Part shown: positions 55,636-64,000 of the stretch, in pieces | How positions within the stretch are numbered: the first letter of the stretch is position 1 | Layout: every line of letters starts with the position of its first letter | Assembly (NCBI RefSeq): GCF_044704955.1 | Contig: NC_091994.1 | Span: 92,814,001-92,878,000, forward strand | Direction: 5' to 3' | DNA: 64,000 nt | DNA from: Pristiophorus japonicus | Lineage: Eukaryota | Made by a program: the position numbers and the translations under genes | Notes under the pieces: model-generated | The model's database searches: none | Seen by the model: the letters and a program-made list of their open reading frames with translations, nothing else | Told to the model about the DNA's origin: nothing

Positions 55636-56980
55636 GTTTAGAGTTGCTGGTATCTGTCTTTAGGCTGTGGCCTTGTGTCTTTGTCTGGAACTCTAACTTG
55701 AATGTTGAGTATTTTAACAATGGATTACCGCTGGCAGTGTGTGATCTGCTGGTCCAGGCCCTCCTCTTCTTGATATATTTTACTGCAATCAGCTTCTCAC
55801 TTTTTAACTTTCTCAATAAGACCCTATGATGTCTGTTATGCTACCTCACTCTGAACGTTTCCGCGGGGTGTCCGGTTACCTGGGCTGCCACACTGTGGCT
55901 CACTCCAGGATGACATGGTGACTATAGAAAATCTGGGTTTTTTGTTACTTTTTTAATTGTTATTTCAAGAGTTTCCTTTCACTTAAATTGAGAATCCAAT
56001 GCGTGTCTGTGTACCAGTTAGTCGAGTTGTCTTCTGTGTGTGTCTCCTGCAATGGTGTTCGAAGTCGCCATCAACGGATATTAACCCTTTCTGTGCTGCA
56101 AGCATGTGTCATTTGTAGCAAATGAGTCGCAAACTGCAGGTGATGGTGGGGGAGATTCCTGCAGGGTCCCTGTTTTTTTTTTAAAACTAATCTTTTCGTG
56201 TTTTTAATATAGCTTTTAATATTAGGTGCCAATGAGAAATCACTGGTTGAATCATTTAAAACAGATGAATGAGCTGATTACTGGTGTGACTGGGAGTGCA
56301 GTGTAACAGCATCACTGCTGCTCCCTAGTTTGCTCACACTCTGCCACTTTCCTCAACAGACCAGCCAAATCAGGGGGTGAGTATGGAGTCAAACATAGGA
56401 GGCTGCTCTCCAACACCTGCCTGACTGGAGCTATTTCAACAATCCCACGGTCAGCAACTGTGAGGGTGCCTATATTAACCAGTTAATCCCATTAGTTTCA
56501 GGCAAGAGGTCGGGAGTAACACCTTGCCTTTTTTTTTAACCAGGGATTTGCTCAGTGGTGACCATTGCTGCATAATACATCAGTGGACGTGGGCTGATTG
56601 ACTGACCTGTGGATGTAGCCTGATTGACAGGCCAGTGGGTATGTTTAGAGTTGCTGGTATGTGTCTTTAGGCTGTGGCCTTGTGTCTTTGTCTGGAATTC
56701 TAACTTGAATGTTGAGTATTTTAACAATCGATAACCACTTGCAGTGTGTGATCTGCTGGCCCAGGCCCCCCTCTTCTTGATATATTTTACTGCAATCAGC
56801 TTCTCACTTTGTAACTTTCTCAATAAAACCCTTTGATATCTGTGATCCTACCTCACTGAACGTTTCCGAGGGGTGTCCAGTTACCTGGGGTGGTTCGCTC
56901 CAGGATGACATGGTGAACATAGAAATATCTGGGTTTTTTGTTACTTTTTTTTAATTGTAATTTCAAGAGTTTCCTTTCAC
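55636..56980 (+). repeat. About 345-bp direct duplication downstream of MIIP (55636-55982 and 56643-56980)
   Basis: Both copies run GTTTAGAGTTGCTGGTAT...CAAGAGTTTCCTTTCAC; twin ORFs 55472-55816 and 56536-56823 confirm the similarity. Confidence 0.9.
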
Positions 56981-56992
56981 ACATATTTTGAG

Positions 56993-57777
56993 AATGAAGT
57001 ATTTACAAAGTGTAGTCACTATTGCAATGTAGGAAACCTGGCTGCCAATTTGCACACAGCAAGGTCCCACAAACAGCAGTGAGATAAATGACCAGATAAT
57101 CTGTTGGTTGAGGGACAGCGGGGAGAACTCCTTCTTCCATTAGTGCCATGGGATCTTTTACATTCACCCGAGAGGACAGACGGGGGGCCTCGGTTTAACA
57201 TCTCAAGAAAGATGGCACCTCCAACAGTGCCGCACTCCCTCAGTACTGCCCCTTCCGACAATGCAGCGCTCCTTCTGTACTGAAACTGAATTGTTAGGGT
57301 AGATTATGGGCTCAAGTCTCTGGAGTGAATCATGAACCCACAACCGACTCATTGGAATTCAGAAGAATGAGAGGTGATCTTATCGAAACGTATAAGATTA
57401 TGAGGGGGCTTGACAAGGTGGGTGCAGAGAGGATGTTTCCACTGATAGGGAAGACTAGAACTAGATCTTAGACTAAGGGGCCACCCATTTAAAACAGAGA
57501 TGAGGAGAAATTTCTTCTCAGAGGGTTGTAAATCTGTGGAATTTGCTGCCTCAGAGAGCTGTGGAAGCTGGGACATTGAATAAATTTAAGACAGAAATAG
57601 ACAGTTTCTTAAACGAAAAGGGGTTATGGGGAGCGGGCAGGGAAGTGGAGCTGAGTCCATGATCAGATCAGCCATAATATTGAATGGTGGAGCAGGCTTG
57701 AGGGGCCGTATGACCTATTCCTGTTCCTATTTCTTATCTGACTCAGACGAGGGTAGTATCACTGAGCCACAGATGAC
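56993..57777 (-). mobile_element. Deu-SINE (-) split by a CR1 3' end (+, about 57352-57739)
   Basis: SINE body 56993-57351 resumes at 57740 (GACTCAGA...CACTGAGCCACAG); GACTCA duplicated at 57346 and 57740. Confidence 0.8.
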
Positions 57778-57880
57778 ATGTAATGAAATAATGCATTGAA
57801 GTGTTTAAACAGCATTCCACAGACAGTATCTAACAGGTCTTTTATCAGTATAATCACATTCATGTGTCAGCAGGTGTGAA

Positions 57881-59392
57881 TCATTTTCTGGACACTGAAC
57901 TGGTAGATGACTCTCCAGTGTGAGTGCGCCGATGTTTAATCAGGCTTGACGAGTCAACAAATCCCTTCCCACATTCGGAACAGATGAACGGCCGCTCTCC
58001 TGTGTGGATGCGCTGGTGTTCCAGAAGGCTGTATGACACAGTGAAACCCTTCCCACACTCGGAGCAGGTGTACGGCCTCTCACCGCCGTGAATGGTGGAG
58101 TGCCGCTTTAGGCTGTAGGCCTGATTGAAGTTGTTGCCACAGTCCGGGCACTGGAACACTCTCAGTCGGGCATGTGTCTTGCCATGATTCTCCAGCCACT
58201 GTGGTGTTTTAAACCCCTTTCCACAGACTGAGCAGACAAAGGGCTTCTCTGCTACCCCCACAGGCTGCTGCTCTGCAGATCCAGCTCGGTGCAGGCTGCT
58301 GGTCAAGGCCTGAGGGGCTGCTGCGATCAACCTGTCTGTTTGAAAACCTTCCATCTCCAATACTCCAGTGTGAATGTGCTGGTGTTTAATTAGGCTTGAT
58401 GAATCAACAAATCGCTTCCGGCACACGGAACAAGTGACTGACTTCTCTCCAGTGTGAACACGCTGATGTGTCAACATGGTGGAACGCTGAGTGAATCCCT
58501 TCCCACACCCTGTGCAGGTGAATGGCCTCTCCCCAGTGTGAATGCGCTGGTGTGTCTGCAGGTTGAATGACTGAGTGAAACCTTTTCCGCACACAGAGCA
58601 GGTGAATAGCTTCCCTTCGGTGTGAATGCGTTGGTGTGTCAGCATGTGGGATGAATGAATGAATCCCTTCCCACAAGCTGAGCATGTGAACGGCCTCTCT
58701 CTGGTATGAATACGCTGATGTGTCAGCAGATCGGTTGAATTGATGAATCCTTTTCCACACACTGAGCAGATGAATGGTCTGTCCTCAATGTGCAGGCGCT
58801 GGTGTGTCAGCAGGCTCGATTTAACAGAGAATCTCTTCCCACAGGTGGAGCAGATGAATGGCCTCTCTCCAGTGTGAACTCGCTGGTGTTCCACCAGGTT
58901 CGATTTAACAGTGAATCCCTTCCCACAGTCTGAGCAGATAAATGGCCTCTCTCCTGTGTGAATCCGCTGGTGTTTCAGCAGGTTGGAAGATACAGTGAAT
59001 CCCTTCCCACACTCGGAACAGATGAATGGCCTCTCTCCTGTGTGGATGCGCTGGTGGTCCAGGAGGCTGGATGACACGGTGTAACCCTTCCCACAGTCGG
59101 AGCAGGTGTACGGCCTCTCACCGCCGTGAATGGTGGAGTGCCGCTTTAGGCTGTAGGCCTGATTGAAGTTCTTGCCACAGTCAGGGCATTGGAACATTCT
59201 CACTCGGGCATGTGTCTCGCCATGCTTCTCCAGCCACCGTGGCGTCTTAAACCCTTTCCCACAGACTGAGCAGACAAAGGGCTTCCCCGTTACCCCCACA
59301 GGCTGCTGCTCTGCAGGCCCAGCTCGGTGCAGGCTGCTGGTCAAGGCTTGAGGGGCTGCTGAATTCGACCTGTCTGTTTGAAAGCCTTCCAT
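57881..59392 (-). CDS. C2H2 zinc-finger protein with 15 fingers, no KRAB/SCAN/BTB domain visible, internally duplicated
   Basis: Uninterrupted ORF with CxxC-12-HxxxH fingers and TGERPF linkers; first ATG at 59392 (the ORF track starts at TTG 59398); an upstream exon cannot be excluded. Confidence 0.9.
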   Translation of the reverse strand: MEGFQTDRSNSAAPQALTSSLHRAGPAEQQPVGVTGKPFVCSVCGKGFKTPRWLEKHGETHARVRMFQCPDCGKNFNQAYSLKRHSTIHGGERPYTCSDCGKGYTVSSSLLDHQRIHTGERPFICSECGKGFTVSSNLLKHQRIHTGERPFICSDCGKGFTVKSNLVEHQRVHTGERPFICSTCGKRFSVKSSLLTHQRLHIEDRPFICSVCGKGFINSTDLLTHQRIHTRERPFTCSACGKGFIHSSHMLTHQRIHTEGKLFTCSVCGKGFTQSFNLQTHQRIHTGERPFTCTGCGKGFTQRSTMLTHQRVHTGEKSVTCSVCRKRFVDSSSLIKHQHIHTGVLEMEGFQTDRLIAAAPQALTSSLHRAGSAEQQPVGVAEKPFVCSVCGKGFKTPQWLENHGKTHARLRVFQCPDCGNNFNQAYSLKRHSTIHGGERPYTCSECGKGFTVSYSLLEHQRIHTGERPFICSECGKGFVDSSSLIKHRRTHTGESSTSSVSRK

Positions 59393-59399
59393 CTCCAAT

Positions 59400-59780
59400 A
59401 CTCGCAGGCCTGGGCCTGAACACCTCTCTCTCCGGCTGGAACTCCTAATTCTTATTGTTCTCTCCGTTGCAAAATGGTTCCTGCCTCCTGCTTTTCACTT
59501 GTTGCGACACTGAAACCTGTGATTGACAGCTAGTCTGGGGAGGGGCCATGTGCTTTCTACGAATGCGCTCTGAGGGATCGGCCCCGGTTGCCAGGTTACA
59601 GCGTCCTGGTATTTAAAGATGGCGTCGCGCTGGCGGCTGCTGCTATTGGTATCGGCGGCGGTGGGCGGGGCCGGTCCAGAAGGAGAGGCGGGGCCCGGAG
59701 CCGAGCAAGATGGTAAATGGAGAGGACGGGAAATCCGGGCAGCGGCGGCACCCGACACCGGGAAACAGCAGGCCAAACCC
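59400..59780. promoter_or_regulatory. CpG-rich bidirectional promoter region between the ZNF and THSD8-like genes
   Basis: Divergent ATGs at 59392 (-) and 59619 (+); TATTTAAA and YY1-like AAGATGGCG at about 59610-59625; GC boxes. Confidence 0.55.
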
Positions 59781-62700
59781 AGGCCCAGTCTGGGGAAAGG
59801 CCGGGAAAGCCAGTTAGCTCAGGCGTGGAGTTGGGTTAGGGCTGCGGGTCTCAAAAGGCCAGTGGTCGCGAGCCCTTTAATTCTGGGATCGTGAATATGG
59901 AGCAAATCCACCCGCGGCAGAGTGAAATCAACAGGGATTCGTCACCTTACACATTGGCGCAAACTAAAGCCAACAAAGCCTGATATTAACCGGCTGGAAG
60001 GTGTCACCTCAGCACCTGGGGTGTGGCTGTCTGGCGCCTATTGCCTGGTGTCTGCTGTCTGGCTCTTGGTGTCTGTGAGGAACATGAGTGGCCCCCTGTG
60101 TTAAACACTGCTCGGATTAGATCCTCTGCTCGGGGCTAATTTCCCGGGTCTGCGTTTGTTCCCTGGCCCAGTCACTGGGTGAGTTTATCTGGGACCAGAT
60201 TAAGATCTAAAGCCATGGGGGCGTGGAGCATACGAGATTACAGCTGTACTGTCACAAGGACAGAAGCTTCTCAAATTTGCAGCAGCATTGGTGAGGTCAA
60301 TCCTTAGAAAGGACGGTTAATTGTGGGGAGCTGGGATCCGTCAGTGTCAGACAGTGAGAGGTTCGTTTTTTTTCATTACAGCTGATGGTTAAGGGGCGAC
60401 CTGTTCGATGTCTCCAAAATTGTGAAGAGACAGTGGCAGCATGGATGCAACATTGGCCACGGTACAGAAAGCAGAGTAGTGGTAAACGGTTGTTTTTTCA
60501 GACTGGAGGGAAGTATACAATGGTGTTCCCCAGGGGTCGGTATTACAACCACTGCTCTTTTCCATACGTATTAATGGCCTGGACTTGTGTTTACAGGGCA
60601 TAGTTTCAAAGTTTGCAGATGATGCGAAACTCAAAAATGTAGTGAACAATGAGGAGGATAGTAACAGACTGCAGGAGAACATAGACTGGTGAAATGGGCA
60701 AAACGTGGCAGATGAAATTTAACGCAAAGTGTGAAGTGATACATTTTGGTAGGAAGAATGAGAAGAGGCAACATGAAATAATTGGTACAATTTTAAAGGG
60801 GGGTGCAGGAAGATCCGGTAGTGCATGTACACAAATCCTTGAAACATAGAATCATAGAAAATAGGTGCCGGAGTAGGCCATTCGGCCCTTCGAGCCTGCA
60901 CCGCCATTCAATGAGTTCATGGCTGAACATGCAACCTCAGTACCCCATTCCTGCTTTCTCGCCATACCCCTTGATCCCCCTAGTAGTAAGGACTATATCT
61001 AACTCCTTTTTGAATATATTTAGTGAATTGGCCTCAACAACTTTCTGTGGTAGAGAATTCCACAGGTTCACCACTCTCTGGGTGAAGAAGTTTCTCCTCA
61101 TCTCGGTCCTAAATGGCTTATCCCTTAGACTGTGACCCCTGGTTCTGGACTTCCCCAACATTGGGAACATTCTTCCTGCATCTAACCTGTCTAAACCCAT
61201 CCGAATTTTAAACGTTTCTATGAGATCTCCTCTCATTCTTCTGAACTCCAGTGAATACAAGCCCAGTTGATCCAGTCTTTCTTGATATGTCAGTCCCGCC
61301 ATCCCGGGAATCAGTCTGGTGAACCTTCGCTGCACTCCCTCAATAGCAAGAATATCCTTCCTCAAGTTAGGAGACCAAAACTGTACACAATACTCCAGGT
61401 GTGGCCTCACCAAGGCCCTGTACAACTGTAGCAATACCTCCCTGCCCCTGTACTCAAATCCCCTCGCTATGAAGGCCAACATGCCATTTGCTTTCTTAAC
61501 CGCCTGCTGTACCTGCATGCCAACCTTCAATGACTGATGTACTATGACACCCAGGTCTCATTGCACCTCCCCTTTTCCTAATCTGTCACCATTCAGATAA
61601 TAGTCTGTCTCTCTGTTTTTACCACCAAAGTGGATAACCTCACATTTATCCACATTATACTTCATCTGCCATGCATTTGTCCACTCACCTAATCTATCCA
61701 AGTCACTCTGCAGCCTCATAGCATCCTCCTCGCAGCTCACACTGCCACCCAACTTAGTGTCATCCGCAAATTTGGAGATACTACATTTAATCCCCTCGTC
61801 CAAATCATTAATGTACAATGTAAACAGCTGGGGCCCCAGCACAGAACCTTGCGGTACCCCACTAGTCACTGCCTGCCATTCTGAAAAGTACCCATTTACT
61901 CCTACTCTTTGCTTCCTGTCTGACAACCAGTTCTCAATCCATGTCAGCACACTACCCCCAATCCCATGTGCTTTAACTTTGCACATTAATCTCTTGTGTG
62001 GGACCTTGTCAAAAGCCTTCTGAAAGCCCAAATATACCACATCAACTGGTTCTCCCTTGTCCACTCTATTGGAAACATCCTCAAAAAATTCCAGAAGATT
62101 TGTCAAGCATGATTTCCCTTTCACAAATCCATGCTGACTTGGACCTATCATGTCACCTCTTTCCAAATGCGCTGCTATGACATCCTTAATAATTGATTCC
62201 GTCATTTTACCCACTATTGAAGGTAGCAGGGTAAGTTTAAAAGGCTGTAAACGCATATGGGGGGATCCTTGACTTTATTAATAGAGAATATAGTACAAAA
62301 CCAAATCTTTATAAAACATGGTTAGACTTCAGTTGGAACATTGTACTCAATTTTAGACACCACATTTTAGGAAGAATGTCAAGGCCTTGGAGAGGGTGCA
62401 GAGAAGATTTGCTAGAATGGTACCAGGGATGAGAGACTTTCAATAAAGTGGAGAGACAGCAGAAGCTGGGATTGTTCTTCTTGGAGCAGAGAAGGTTAAG
62501 AGGAGATTTGATAGAGGTGTTCAAAATCATGAATGGTTTTGATAGAGTAAATAAGGAGAAATTGTTTCCAGAAGGGTTGACAACCAGAAGATAATGATTT
62601 AAGGTAATTGGCAAAAGAACCAGAGGTGACATAAGGAAACATTGTTTTAAACAGCGAGTTGTGATCCGGAATGCACTGTCTGAAAGGGTGTTGGAAACAG

Positions 62701-63761
62701 ATTCAATAGTAATATTCAAAAGAAAATTGGATAAATAAAATCAGGATTATGGGGAAAGAGCAGGGGAGTGGGGTTAATTTGATAGCTCTACCAAAGAGCC
62801 GGCACAGGCTCGATGGGCCGAATGGCCACCTTCTGTGCTGCATCATTCTATGATTCGGTGAAGAGGTAAATCGTGTGAGATTCATCCCACGAGTTGGTGA
62901 GATAGTAACCGATCCCAAATTTAACACAGGAGGGTTAGAATCTCTGTCAGAAACCAATGTTGAAGCATAGTCCATAAATTCTTTTAAAAGAAAATAAGAT
63001 AGCTATTTGAAAAAGAGGTTAAAGAGTTCGGGGAGAGAACATGACAGTGGGTTTAGATTGGTTGCCTCGTGGGGAAAAGCAGCGGTGCGGACTTGATGGG
63101 CCGAATGGCCTGTTTCTGAGCTGTAATATTTTGCGAATTTATGAATTGTAACAGCAGGAACTGTCTATTCTGTCAGAGTTTCCAAATGACTAACTACAGA
63201 ATGGGGAACTTCAGATAGCAAAAGTACAAATGCCTTCGTTGAGAAATCAATTAAATCAAAAGTTGCTTTGCTGGGTGACTCTTTATATTTGAAATCTTCG
63301 ATATTCTATTCTCTTAAATACTCGGGGGTGTACAGTGAGGCTGTGGGTCGGTGCTGGACACTTGGATTGCAGTGTGTTGAAAGGGGCCTTCAGTTTTAAT
63401 TAAGTTTCGGTGTGCTGTCTTCCCAGATGGTCCGGAGTTCCAGTGGAACGAGTGGGAGCCCTGGGTGTGTATGTGTGACATTGGCAAACAAGGCCGGATC
63501 CGCTACTTCGTGGTGTCGTCGGACATAGCAACGAACAACGTGAGCCTGGATGAATTCTGGCAGGTCAAACCGTGCGCCCTTGCCGACTGTGCGAACTGTC
63601 AGACCACCGAGTGCCCGATCCCGGAGGTCGGGGTGAGAGCGGCCTCGATGTTCAACCGCCGGTTCAGACGGCCCGCCGCCAGCAACCTGCGAATCCCTGA
63701 CACCAAACCCGCCCAGGCAAATTCATACGACAGTCTCCCGGTGATCGACGACGTTGGATAG
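59619..63761 (+). CDS. Small secreted thrombospondin type-1 domain protein, THSD8-like (about 142 aa)
   Basis: Exon 1 59619-59712 (signal-peptide-like MASRWRLLLLVSAAVGG; G|gtaaat, phase 1) joins exon 2 63427-63761 (cccag|AT), giving WNEWEPWVCMCDIGKQGRIR...QVKPCALADCANCQTTEC. The Trp/Cys spacing resembles human THSD8 as recalled. AATAAA at 63821. Confidence 0.72.
60440..62852 (+). mobile_element. Old CR1 (+) interrupted by a younger CR1
   Basis: RT remnants 60440-60840 (SKFADDAK) continue at 62217-62852 to the 3' tail. Confidence 0.8.
60844..62216 (-). mobile_element. Young 5'-truncated CR1, same subfamily as 23474-27708
   Basis: ORFs 61558-62256 and 60937-61530 (RT and C-terminus) are nearly identical to 24006-24839 and 23562-23978; TTGAA duplicated at 60839 and 62217. 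Confidence 0.93.
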
Positions 63762-64000
63762 GACGCGGCTTCTTCGCTCAGCAGCCTCGGTCAGCTTCAC
63801 ATCTCTGCTCATTTGACAGAAATAAATCATATCGCAGAGAGTTTGTTTCAACGTGTTTCAGTAATCCCCACCCCGGACGGTCTCCGAGACACAGGTTCCC
63901 TTTGACACCCGTCCGTCTGCTCGTTCTCACTGAATCAGTCCAGACAACCAGTGTGGCCGACTCGGTTACAGCCGAGCCCGACCCTGTCGAGGTCTGAAGC

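Noticed and set aside
55636-59402. Similar ~1-kb spacing of the MIIP 3' duplication (about 1007 bp) and the ZNF internal duplication (1038 bp)
   Set aside because: The duplicated units are unrelated and non-contiguous; most likely coincidence.
60380-60603. Possible middle exon of the THSD8-like gene after TTTCATTACAG
   Set aside because: Runs into CR1-derived sequence, and exons 1 and 2 already join in phase without it.

Overview
Eukaryotic genomic DNA from a vertebrate. The CR1/L2/RTE LINEs and Deu-domain tRNA-SINEs point to a cartilaginous fish (inference). The window holds the syntenic block PLOD1 (3' half) - MFN2 (complete, 17 coding exons, 757 aa) - MIIP (9 coding exons, about 571 aa) on the + strand. 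After it come a 15-finger C2H2 zinc-finger gene on the - strand and, head-to-head with it, a small secreted THSD8-like TSP1-domain gene on the + strand. Introns are filled with retroelements (one near-full-length CR1) and minisatellites. Most notable: the PLOD1 exon carrying the catalytic Fe(II)-binding HxD motif exists as two intact, anciently diverged 126-nt tandem copies (9127-9252 and 9510-9635). One is PLOD1-like and one is PLOD2/3-like, and they are flanked by RBFOX/QKI-type motifs, making a candidate mutually exclusive active-site switch. Two minisatellites are amplified copies of real 5' splice sites (MFN2 intron 7 and a MIIP intron). Exon coordinates were read by eye from GT/AG boundaries and checked for phase. 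Comparisons to human proteins are from memory; no database searches were run.
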